Shown: piece after piece, positions 25,601 through 39,011 of the stretch
Layout: each line of letters begins with the position of its first letter
How positions within the stretch are numbered: position 1 is the stretch's first letter
Origin: Oopsacas minuta
Lineage: Eukaryota > Animalia > Porifera
Length of the DNA: 64,000 bases
Assembly (NCBI GenBank): GCA_024704765.1
Contig: JAKMXF010000313.1
Span: 62,001-126,000 of the forward strand
Direction of reading: 5' to 3'
Position numbers and translations under genes: made by a program
Notes under the pieces: model-generated
What the model was told of the DNA's origin: nothing
The model's input: the letters and a program-made list of their open reading frames with translations, nothing else
Database searches by the model: none

Positions 25601-28600
25601 GATATGTATAAAACGTTCAAATAGATCACGTATAACGTATTATAGGCTATAAGCGTATTATACAACTTAAGTTTATACACTATGCAGTCAGAGTCGCTTA
25701 TCGTAACCACCACGGGACAAAAAATGTTATTCATAATAAAGAGACTTCGTTTTAAACGTTATGTAACTCTACAAGCGAAGAAGATGGTGTGTGAAGTGTG
25801 ACAGCCCCATTCATTTGTAATACAAAAGGATGAAAATCCGTGACACAGGAAGCGGAGAGGTCCAAAAATTGAAGAATTTTGCGTTACTTAACGTTAGAAC
25901 TGCCCATTAAAGCAGAGTTTGTCTCGTATGATAATGCGCTTTGTACTCATATGTGTAAATATATACAAAACTTATTCAATAAAAGTAAGACAAATACACT
26001 ATATATTATATTAGCCACTCTACAATGTCCCTGACATATGCATACAAGTATAATTTTTAGTACATCATAGCCTACTAAAGATATGACGCCATTTGTCAGC
26101 ATAATTGGCGAATACAAATAAAGACTGCTCCATCATTGAAACCATGTAGAACGTTAATTATTAATCTATATTCAGAATGTTGAAATACCAAATTATCTAA
26201 AACCGTCTCTGTACATAAGAAAATTGTTTCGTGTTTAAGTTCGCAATTTCTGCGTTATCGCAGAGACCATGAATGTCACATGTCTTGCCAATATCCACTA
26301 TTAAGTCGATAATCGTGGAAATTATGGTCAAATCAGACTAGCCATTTATAGTATAAACCCAACTTACCATACCCTTGTGATACATTTTGACATGATATCT
26401 ATCAAGATTATTGCGTAACCTCAAAAATGAGCATATATGTAAATATCAATGTCATATTGGTAAGAGATATCACATCAAAATATATTACAAGGGTATGGGA
26501 AGTTGGGTGTTATCCTGTTATAGCTTCGTATAATTTATTTATGTGCTCGTTTGGCCATCGAGGATTATGAATCGTTCCAGACCGATGGACCAGTCCAGAC
26601 CGACGAATCGGCCCGGACCGCTGCCACTCTGATGTATAATTAATTGTAAGCATGGCTCGGCGCCAGATAGCACTTCAAACTTGAGGTGCTGTGGGGATAA
26701 GGATATAAGAAACCCAAATAATAGTGAAATTACTAGAATATCCAGTAATCTATGGATAGTTTACTGGCGTTGCTGACAATTGCTTTGGGGGTTCCAAAAG
26801 TATCTCAGTATTCATATGATAAATTTGTGAATTCGTAGCTTTGAGACTCCAAAAATCCCAAAATCGGAATCTACGTACCCAATTACCCGTGACAACATGT
26901 TGAATCCTAATCTCTAGCGTGCTTTTGTATTATACATAGAAAAGTGTGAAAATATAACGGATATACATTCATCCAAGAGTAAAACTTGGCCAAGCAAGGC
27001 TCAAAATACCCTGTAAACCAAAATCAGCCATGGGGGGCTTTCAGATTCTTCAGTCAATTCCCAACATGAAAACATATATCTAAACAATAAAACGCGATAA
27101 ATATATCGGTAATTATGTGTGTATATGTCGATTTTACATTTCGAAATGTCGAAATTGGAAAATAGTAAAAACTCAAAACCTGTCTACAGGGTCTAGTGCA
27201 TAACTAATCAACAAAAAAACAGATGTCACACATCTATAGTCCTATAAACTTCTCTAAGCAACATCAAATGCAAATTACAAAGACACTGGACCTCTATATA
27301 GAGTCCTACAGAAGGAGAATATCCGATGTTGATTTTACAAAATCAACACTTAACAAATTAGGCATAACGTACCTGGGGCATTCAAAAAGTTCCCATCCTT
27401 AGTTTATAGCAGCCAAACTCTACTCGATTACAAGAAATGCATAGTATATCCTAATAGTCCTATCGAGTAACTATTTAATGCTGTTGAGAAATAACTCCAG
27501 CTATTACTAGGGCGTTCAATAAGTCTTGCGGGTGATATCATAGAATATGATACAAACACTATACACACTAATTCACTATAATATTTATTCAAAGTAATCC
27601 CCTCCTGCAGATACGCAAAGTTTCAACCTTTCCACCCACTTGTAAAACACATTTCTGTACTCTTCTTCGGGGATGGATTTGAAGTACTGGTACAGGCCAG
27701 TTCCGAGTGCTTGTAATGTGTTAAAATCTTTGCCTTGAAGGTAGATTTTAAGCTTGGGGAATAGCCAAAAATCACACGGAACTAGGTCTGGTGAGTATGG
27801 TGGATGGGGAAGTCATTCTAACCCTTCTACATCCAAGAAATTTTTGATAAGCTTAGCTATAGGAACTGACGTTATCAATTAAAATCTTCATTCCTCGAGT
27901 TCCGGTTTTCGAGCGGTACTTTTCTATATTTTTTATCAAATTTGGAAGCACTTGCTCTGTAAAGAAAGTAGTAGTAACAGCCTTGCCACTCTCACAAGGT
28001 AATTGCAAGACAATTCCAGGACTACTGAAGAAGATGGTATACATAATCTTAGGTTTTCTGAAGTCGGGCCTAGGAATTTCGCCGGTTGTTCGTCGCCCCT
28101 CACCCATGATCGCTTTTATACTTGCTATATGGTGTTGAATAGTACACCCACGCCTCGTCACCAGTAATAATCTCTGTTAGGCGTCTAGAATCGCAGTTCT
28201 CACAAGTTTCCAAGAGTTTCTTGGCAATATTCAGTCGTGCCAACCTTTGAATCTCACTAAGCTTATGCGGGACCCATTTCCCACAAATCGATCGGTAGCC
28301 AAGCTCAGTCGTCAGAATTGTATGAGTAGCTCCCGATAAAATCTCCATACTTTGTTCTAACTGATTGACAGTAATGCACTTGTCTTCCATGAACATACTT
28401 TCAATGAGTGCGATATTCTCTGAAGTGGTGGCGGGTACCGGTCTTCCAGATCGAGGCAAATCTGTGACATCAGCATTACCAGATCTAAAACGGGCAGCCC
28501 ATCGCTCTACAGTAGATCTGGAAGGGCAATCCACGCACAATATCTCCTGTAACTCGTTGAAGATCTGTACGAGCTGGATCTTGAGTATTGTGCGAAACTC

Positions 28601-31600
28601 TATGTAAGCTCGCCATTATAGGTTGAAATTATCATCCTTTGAAGCCATAAATTCAACAGTGGGTATAAATTGACTACACGTAACTATCTCAAAAATTCAT
28701 AATTTGTATTGAATAAGCTTGAAACTTTCAGTATATGGAGTTTAACTATATGGGCTTATAATATATGAAAGTTAGATATATTACTTGACTAATTCCTAAG
28801 ATATATCATGACCCGCAAGGCTTATTGAACGCCCTAATATATATCTTGATCTATCCTACTTTTAATTTTACCTATTTTGAGAGTCAACTTTTAATGGCTT
28901 CAAAACACATATCAAGCAAAACCGAACAACGAGCTTACATAAAGATTCGTACCGTACTCGGCGACAAAGCACTCCAGATACATGAGGATCTAGTCACCGT
29001 TTATCATGGGGAAGCTCAGCGTATCCCACTGTAAAGGAATGGGCACGTAATTTAAGGCTGGTAGGGACAGTATTGAAGATGCCCCTCGGATCAGAAGAAC
29101 AATTCCGCAACCACTCCTGAAATTGCCTCTGAAATCTAGAACTATTGGATATTGATCCACATTTGAGCGTTGAAGAAATTGCCCTAATCCTGGACATCTC
29201 ATCCGGAAGTGTTCTTACAATTCTACACGATTATCTCGAATATCGAAAGCTTTCAGCGCGATGGATACCTTAAATCCTCACAAAGGGGCAAAAGGAGAAG
29301 AGGGTTTCATGCGCGAAAAATTTCTTAAAGATAAAGATTGTGATTTTCGAAGGTTACATCAAATCGTTATGCGTTACTGGTGACGAAACTTAGATCGTAT
29401 TTTCTGAAACTCTGCGTAAGGAACAAAGCAAATCATGGCTCCCAAAAGGTTCTTATTCCCCGAAAAGGAACGTCCGAACATCCGAGACGATAAGGTTTTC
29501 TAAAGCATATTTTTTGATGCGTATGGGCCAGTGGCTCAAATACCTGTGCCTAAAGGAGAATGACTCAATGGAGAATTTTACGGAGATAAATGCCTGAGAG
29601 AAGTGGAGAAAGACTGTAAAACACGACATCCGCGTACTGGAACTCGAGGAATCAAACTTCTCCCGATAATGCCAGACATCATGTTTCAAAACGTTAGGGA
29701 AGTCATTAAGGATATCGGGTTTGACACAATGGAACATTCTCCGTATTCCACAGATCTATCACCTTGTGATTTCTGGCTATTTCGTGAGCTGAAAAACATC
29801 TCGGAGGACGGCTATTTCATACTCGACTAGAGCTGGGAAACGGAATATACAACTACCTCAATTCAGTGGACAGAGACGAGTATTAAAAAAACATTTTCGA
29901 AGTGGGTTGAAAGGCTACAACTATGTATAGATGTAGCGGGGGAGTATTTCAAACATTTTATGGAGAAATTTGATTAGTAGGTTGTAGTAGTGTCAAGATA
30001 TTAAACATAGATGGGAAATTTGTGAATGCCCTAAGTAATATGATATAAAATTCTCTCTCTCTATATATATATATATATTACGTTTGTATGTTCGGAATTG
30101 ATTGAAGAAACTGGAAGACCCCCAGGGCTGATTTTGGCATACAGGGGGGCCTGGCTCGGACAAGTTCGAGTCTTGGACGAAATTCACACCTATAACGAAT
30201 TAAGATGTCATTGTCACCCTTTTGGATGTTCGAAAATTCGGATTATTAATCACTGTTCAGCTAATATACATGATAGAGTTTGAAATTGAATTATATAACA
30301 CCTCAATGTGCCAAATGTCCTAACGTCATCACTTTGACCAAATGCAAACCCATCATCGAATTGCTATGTCATCATGACTGTACAAAAAATCCAATTTCCA
30401 GAATTTCGATATTTTTGAGAATGTATAATACTCAAGGCACGAAGTGCCCAGATAACTCACCCAGTATTACCACAGAAGGCCATTAAATGTAATTTGGATG
30501 GACTATGGATAATAGAAATATAAAATTTCCTAATAAAATTAACCTCGAGGTACACATAGTGCCGAGTATATGCGGTTACGTAGCGAACAAAAGCAACGAG
30601 AAATTTAGCTGTTTAATCCTTAAGCTAACATGAGGAAGTAAGCTGTCGCGCAACGACCTAGCAAGCGAAGCGTGCGCTAGTATATATATATATAGATTAA
30701 TTGCCTTTAATAGTAGAGACTAATATCATAGTTTTCCAGCAACATGAAATTTTTGCCTACTTCTCCTCATTAGCCGACTGTGTGGACTCCTCCTGTGGAC
30801 TCCCAGTTGACCCTCCCCCCTCCGACCTTGGGGGGTGGAAACTCCAACATCGCGCATATACTTGCATTATCATGCACCTGACTTCTGTAGTCTTTAAAAG
30901 GAATTTCTTTTTCTCTTAGAAATGATAATATACAGCCAGGGGACAAAAGTATTCGAACACACAAATATATTGTCATAAATTGTATACTCTTTCCCGCTCC
31001 TATATATTGTGTAGTCTATATTCGTAGCTGCTATCTAGTAATTTGTATAGAATAACATATGTTTTTCAAGAATTTCACAAAAATATTTTCGATTTACACT
31101 TTTTGAAGGTGTTAATTATAATAATTATTAGATAATTATTGATAATCAAAATATGTGGTCATTCAAAGCCTATTAAGAATCTATCATTTCTGACTTGATA
31201 TTTGAATTCTACGTAGGCGAGTTACCCCAGATTGAAATTTCCAATCGGATTGAGCAATTTTTACCAGAGTTATAGATGAAGTTCAATTTTGTGCCATTTG
31301 TGCCACCTTTTGCCGAAGGTGGCACAAGTGGCCGCTACCAAGAGGTTATTTTGGAATTCAAGGGTTAGCATAGTCATATCATTCGAAAATATTACTTCGA
31401 CTTATTCCTCCTAACCCTAGTTGATTTCCTTGTAGTGGCGCTTTTTCTTGCCACCTGTGCCACTTTTTCAAAAAGTGGCACAAGTGGGACAAATTGAAAT
31501 TCTTTTATAACTTTGGTAAAAATTGTTCAATCCGATTGGAAATTTCAATCTGGGGTAACTCGCCTACGTAGAATTCAAATATCAAGTCAGAAATGATAGA

Positions 31601-34600
31601 TTCTTAATAGGCTTTGAATGACCACATATTTTGATTATCAATAATTATCTAATAATTATTATAATTAACACCTTCAAAAAGTGTAAATCGAAAATATTTT
31701 TTTGAAATTCTTGAAAAACATATGTTATTCTATACAAATTACTAGATAGCAGCTACGAATATAGACTACACAATATATAGGAGCGGGAAAGAGTATACAA
31801 TTTATGACAATATATTTGTGTGTTCGATTACTTTTGTCCCCTGACTGTATATGATCTCTGAAACAGTTTTCCGGAGTCATCAACAGAAGTAAAAATAGTT
31901 CAAGAATTTTATAATTGTTCTCGAGTCAAGTATCATAAAATGAAGATATTTTGCTCAATTTGTATAACATCTGGAGTCGCATCTACCATTATAGAAAAGT
32001 ATTTAGCATTATTTCGTTCATCTAGGATGCAACGGCGAACTTTTCTGCAAATAAATAGATATATTCATTTTGAGATTCTTTAGAACGGTAATGGGCCAGT
32101 AGCAAGGAACTGGGCTTGCTTTAGCCCAAATATTGAAGTTTTCTTAAAAATATCGATATAATCTCGAAATACAGTAGAACTCGGATAAAACCTACCCCCT
32201 CGTGAAGTCTAAAAACGTACGTACTATCGGAGTGTACGTACTAACCGAGTTGTATTTACATAGAATCCTATGTAATAACGAATTTTGGTTCATGAAATTT
32301 AGTACGTACGTACTATCCGAGGGTACATGCTAACCGAGTTCTACTGTATACGTACTTCAAAAGATATTTTAAAATATCCTTAAATTTTCAAGTTTACTAC
32401 AGAATTATTTCGATATTTATTGAAACTTCAATATTTGGGCCAAAGTAGCCCAATTTTACGCGGGGCAAGGCCTAGGCCAAGATTTCATACCCGGGCAAGA
32501 TCTAATTATATACTAAGCAGTGGTGGTCTGAGAATCTGGCAGAACCACTTCCGGGTCGGGGCCAGGATTTTCAAAAATTGAGCTGATGCCCCGTTTGCCC
32601 CACATGGGGCGGCCAATGCACACGCGACATATTTCGCACCTAAAATTTGCATCGGTGTCATAGTGCCATGTGTCGTCCAATTTTGTCCCCCCCCCGGACT
32701 TGTGACACTAATGTTAGGGTCTTCCTTTAGGACTTGTTCACGTTCCTTCCCTGATTCCCAGTCGTACACACTAAACATCGAAAATCAGCTATACATTACG
32801 TACCCCGGGTGAGCAAAATCCTCGGCCCGCACCCGAGCTACGCCTCTGGTAGAATCGAATATTGAATCATTCGGCTGCAAGCACATGTTGAATATCCAGT
32901 TAGATTCCACAAGATTCCACCATTCAGTCAATCTCCCAGTATACTGCATAAATCCCAATTCAAGCCTAGGCATTCGCTTATACAACAACTCTGCATCGCT
33001 TCGAGTAACTAGATTTTCATCAGGATCGTCCGAAATTTTACTCAGTGTACTTTTTATCCCTACAAATCCAAACAGTAGGGCATGGGTTGCATCAGCTCTA
33101 CACGACCCTCGTGTTGATATCACTCCTTTTGGGGCCAATATGACCTTGATATGGGATAGAACCCAAGGAAATGAAATAAAACTTCGACTTCTTGATCCGA
33201 TTTATGATTTACTCCATGACACTCTCACCAATAAGTTGTACAAGCTCCTCACAAATAGTGGACGATAAGTAATTAGTGCGCCCAATAACAGAATTTGCAA
33301 ACTTCCGAACGTGATGCTTTATATAGTCATCGTTACCTGCAATAAGCTCAAGTATTGCCAAATAGTTTCCATTTTCAGGAGAGCCAATAATTTCGTTGTT
33401 CCCACCTATTGCAAGCCCTCATTTCAGTACTGAACGCCAATAATTTCGTGCTCTTGTAACTGCTTTTCGAATTCTGCATCAATTCTCCAGTATTTTGAAT
33501 TAATCGGATATAGGCTACAGCAGCTTCCAATTCTTTGACTTCTCATGAGCAATTATCGTTATTTTAGAGGAGCGTTTCCAATCACAGATCCTCCATGAGT
33601 AAATTGTGCGGGTAGTGACGCCATTAGTTTTCACACACAGCAATAAAGTCTTTCATTGTAAGGTCAATAACAAAGCCAAAACCTATTAAAAACTTAGTCA
33701 TTTTGTTTCGCAGCTGAAACATACTCACTGTACAGGTGTTTTACAACTTTCATCAGTTATTTGTTGTTTGGATGTTGATTTTATAAGCTTTTCATTGTAG
33801 TGTTGGATGTCAGCAGTACATTTTTCGAACTGAGTAATCAATTTGATATCTTGTTAGTACAGGTCAATTTCATTCTACAAAATTCAATGCTAGTTTTTGT
33901 AGTGGTTGATTCTATTTGAATTTGGCCATTAGCTCAGAGTAAAGTGCTTTGATTTTCATTGAGTTCAATAGCTTCAGAAGTCAGTAAAGGATGAAAAGGA
34001 GAAGTGGCGGCAGTATAAGAAGGATTTGCAGGTGTAGAGTAATCGTCCATTGAAAATTAATCTATTAATTTGATTGTCTTTGTAATGAATTTCTTTTCCC
34101 AATTGTTCTTGTGCTCTTTCTGGTTTTCCAGCATCACTTAAGTGAACAAGTGGCTTTTTGTGACGATCTCCTAACATCTTAAATTCAGGAAGAGATTTCC
34201 ACTTAATTAATAGTTTAATACGTAATCTACTGAAATATGTAAAATAAAAATTAGAAAGTAATGGTAAAATATAACATAATTAATCTAATACAAAGAGAAT
34301 GCGACGGTCATTAAGTCACACAAAACTAGCCCAGTCGTCAGAAAATCAAAATATGAGGTAAAGAGCTTGTAACTAAAAGTACAGATTTAAGTATAATAAA
34401 TGTGTTTCCACAAAATATGATTCATAATTTGGTACAAATTGACTAAGCACCACTATTGTATATCTACTAGTACTAAAAATAATGAAAGAATTCTAAGATG
34501 GATCGGGCGAATCCCCGACATGCTAATAGCGGATAGAAGTTTTGCTACCTCCCCTAACCCAGTGAAAATATTAATATCTGGAGTTAGAAATGATATACGT

Positions 34601-37600
34601 AGAAGTGTACATATGACGGATGAAATGTTCAAAGTTAGACTCTCTAGAAGGTGATGTGTTTCATACATCTGAGGTTACAATGACACAGCACTCTTTGTTT
34701 GGGATTTTAAGAATTGTATGGACACTACAGATTTGATATTGGTATCAAAGGTGTCAAGTAATATCTCCTAACGCCACTTCACTCCCAAAAAATTGGACCA
34801 TGGATTTTTACATATTTGTGTTCTAAAACTTAGCTTCATCACCTAATTAAATATTCACAGTCGAATAGCTCCCGAATGAGAACAGATAGTAATACTCTCA
34901 TGACAGATGGACATCCAAAATGGAAATGATATCTCTAAGATGAGGTGATAAAGATGCAGTGAATATCAAAAATAAAAAAGTTTGGTTTCATTTTAGCAAC
35001 CTAAATTTTGAATATGATAACTATAATTGTGCTGTGGTGTCAGTGCCAGATTGTAAAAGGATTATTGGAGTATTCTCAATCACATCCAGTTTGTGAGAGG
35101 GCTGTTCACATATTTCTTACTGATGCACGATGCCAAACGTATGTTTGCAAGAAACCATGACTATAAATCTATATTATTAAACCTCAATTGTTGTCTGTCC
35201 GTCTGTTTGTTTGTCCGTTGTCAAAGAAAGGGTTTACGGTATGCAATTTTGAAATTGTCTCATAACTATGTATCATCGTGTTTAGCAAGGAAGTAATAGA
35301 ATTCAAAAAACTTCACTAAACATATCTAACATGATGAATCCGATTTTCACACTTTTGGATTAATCATATGTAAATTTATTTTTGTTTTTATGAATATAAA
35401 GCAAACAAATTTCAAAATTGAGGTAGAATCATACTTTCAACGACTATTGGGGTATTCAAGTATGCTAAGTCCGAATATGGTATTGTAAACAACATATTGT
35501 GAATTTTTGTTTACTTTTAGGTCAATAAAGTAAACAAATTTCTAAATTGAGGTAGAATCATAATTTCAACGCCTATACTGATATACTCGAGTAGGCTGAG
35601 TCTGAATATTTTAAACAACATCAATATTATTAAATCTCAATTGTTGTTTGTCTGTTTGTTTGTTCATTAATACCTCGAGACGCAATGTGACGAGCCAAAG
35701 GCTCGTGTATAATATATCTTTAAATATAAATCAGGCCATTTGGCCAATTTATAGATGATAAGGTAATGCAAAACTCGTATATATTGATAGGTCTAGTACA
35801 TGCATCGGCAAACCTCTGATCCGGCTTATATCATACCACATTATTCCAAGATGAAACGTATACTGTAAGAATATCGTTATGTATTTCTAACCATTCCATT
35901 TGGATCTTAACATGTATATGCAAATTCATATGGTACTAGTGTGGTTCGCTCGCTAGGTCGCTGCGGGACAGCTTACTGCTTTGGGTTACCTTAAGGATTA
36001 AATAGCTAAATTTCTTAGTGCTATTGGCTGCTACGCGACCAGATATAATCGAACCTAACTTGGCACTACGTGCCTCGAATTCACAGAAAGATTTTATTAT
36101 CCATGGTCCATCCAAGATACACTCGATGGCCTTCTTTAGTGACACTGGAGATGCTATGTCATTTATGGTTAGTAATATCGGCACTTCGTGCCTTGGGTAT
36201 TAAGAAATTCGGAAAATCTTGATATTTTGTACAGTCATGATGTCGTAATAATCACATGACGAGTTAGCTTTTGGTCAGAATCATGACGTCAGGACATTTG
36301 TCACATTAAGTGGTACCTGTGATTCAAATTTAACCTTCCTTCATAGATATTGGCTGAGCAGTGGTTAATAATGTGATTTTTCGAAAATCCAAAAGGTGAC
36401 AATGACGTCATAATTTCGTCATAGGTGTGAATTTTCGTCAAAGACTCGAACTTGTCCAAGCCTGGCCTAAATACCGTGCAAAAAATCAGCAGCAAATATA
36501 TATATACATAGATTAATTGCGTTTTAATAGTAAAGCTTTAAACATATTGATTTTGCAATCCATATGCATATTGAAATCAATGCGGATTTCGTAAATCCGT
36601 TTGGATGTACGTATATGAATTAGAAATATTCGATGAACTATGGGCTAGATAAGGAATTTCAATTGTGGATGAGATGACTTATAGACTAGATTTGGATAAG
36701 GATTCCGATCAATCTGGACCCTCTGCGTACAGACATCATTTAAGAAACCATTATTAAAAACTTTCAACCAAAATACATACCTATGCTGAGTGACATTTTG
36801 AGCTTGTTGATATTTGAAATATGCCATCATTTCAGTACATATGTTAGTTAGGTGCTCCCAAAGGGCAGGGCACATCGTCAATATATACTCTAAATGAGTA
36901 GAGAATCGAGAATCAAGGTCAATCCCTTCCAAATATGCTTGCAACAAGATACGTGCCTTGACAGAAAATTGGATGTTAAATGGTTTAAGATTTAGCTTAT
37001 GTTTTGCATGTGGTAATTTATCAGCCAAAGAAAGCAATAATTGTTCATCTTCCGGATTAGATGAAGGGAATTTCTTCGAATGTACTGGACTAAACTCACA
37101 TGCACACATAAGAATCATCCTGATTCTTTGAAAATTACTATGAGGATAAGTATGCAAGCAAAATCCAAACATTCTACTTGTTTCATTGATTATCTAAAGA
37201 TAAGAAAGAAGCAACTATGAATAAGATAATTGCAACTGTAAATTAAGTAATGATAAAAGTGTAGCATACAAATTCACAATGTAATCACAAATTTCTCTTT
37301 ATTTCCCATTGATAATTCACGGTTGCGTGACCAGGTGAAATTTTGGGGGCCTCAAGATCCTGTAACCAGAGGCGTAGCTAGCATTTGCTCTTTGGGGTTA
37401 CAACTGGGGTTGCTGACAATTTATAAGTGGTTGCTATAACTCCAATAATACAGAAATTGCGTGCATCCCAGTAATCCAGGGGTTGCAACTGGGATTGTCG
37501 ACAGTAGCTCCGGGGTTGTTAGCAAGCCCCTAGCTACGCATATGTCTATGACAAGCTTTATGGTGTTCTAATAGTGAACAAATTCTGTAGCGTGCAACAT

Positions 37601-38964
37601 GAAATACAAATAACATATCTGCCATCAGGTTCGCTAATTGTGAGCGAAATTAGATTGGTTATCATGAAAATATGTCTATTATGAACCTGTATGAACACCA
37701 GTTCATATACGTAAATAGATTTCTATTACATCGAGTACGCTATCAAATCGCTACAATAATGGTCAATCCAGCATAGCAATATATAGTATACACGTGACTT
37801 CACATATCCAGATGATACATTTTGATATGATATCTCTTACCAATATGACATAATCATGAATATGCCCATATATGGTCATTTATGAGATTGCGAAATAATT
37901 TTTAGGGATATCATATCAAAATATAATACAAGGGTATGGGAAGGTTGCATTTATTATATACATACATATATACAGATTAATTCCGTTTTAATAGTATAGA
38001 TTTTTAGAGTGAAAATGTGCCAATTTCATATTATTGGCGTTTGAAGAATAGGCCTAAATTTTCCACTCATTTTATGGGCGCCTAGAGTATACATTAGTAT
38101 TATAGTATTGCTCGAATTTTGACGCGCCTGGATCTACATTCGCTGAAATTCATGTTCCTATAGGCGCTTCGCATACGCCTGGTTGAAACCCTGGATTAGC
38201 CTATACGCCAATTACGCCTGGGCGTAGGGCCCCGTATACATGGGAGCCGAAAATACGTAATATATATATGTACAAGCCAGGGACACGGAGCAATGGCAGA
38301 TCCAAACTGACTACCTAAATATCGTGGAGCCTAATTGCGATTTACGTAATATACTATGCATTAATAGACAGTGGAATACTCAAATGTAAATATTCGATTT
38401 CTATGTCATGCTATGAGGAATTTATGTATTACTATTGTGGTAGGTAAACATGATCAGTAATTTGCTCATCCTATATCATACTTTAGTATTCATTTGTTGC
38501 GACTATATTGTGATTCGTTACCCAATACATTATTTAGATTGTATGTCATAAATAATAAGCTTTGCTTATTCACGCTGCGCGGCTTGCGCACACTATGTGT
38601 CCGCATGTACTCAGCACTTCGTGCCTCGATTTTATATAAGAACAATAATTTAAACATGACTTGAAATAGCGAAATTCGGAATCAGAGTACCCCGATAAAG
38701 CTGTTGAAACAAAGTTTCCAAAACTAAATAGAAATTTGTGTACGTTATATTCATAAAAATAAAAAATAAATTTCATATGATTAATTAAGAAGCGTAAAAT
38801 CTGATTCAACATATTCGATATCTTTAGTCAAATGTTATTGAATTCTGTTAACTTTCTGGCAGCCCCGATAAATAATTAATTATGCGACATCTCAGAATTG
38901 AGAATTTTGATTTCAATGCAACATTCCATAAATCCTTTCCTTGGAAACGGACAAATAGACTGAA

Positions 38965-39011
<47 letters not shown>

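Noticed and set aside
34430-34950. Possible further transposase or KDZ fragment
   Set aside because: The resemblance is weak and there is no diagnostic motif I can support. The same applies to 14650..15600, 40560..41100 and 52200..52500.
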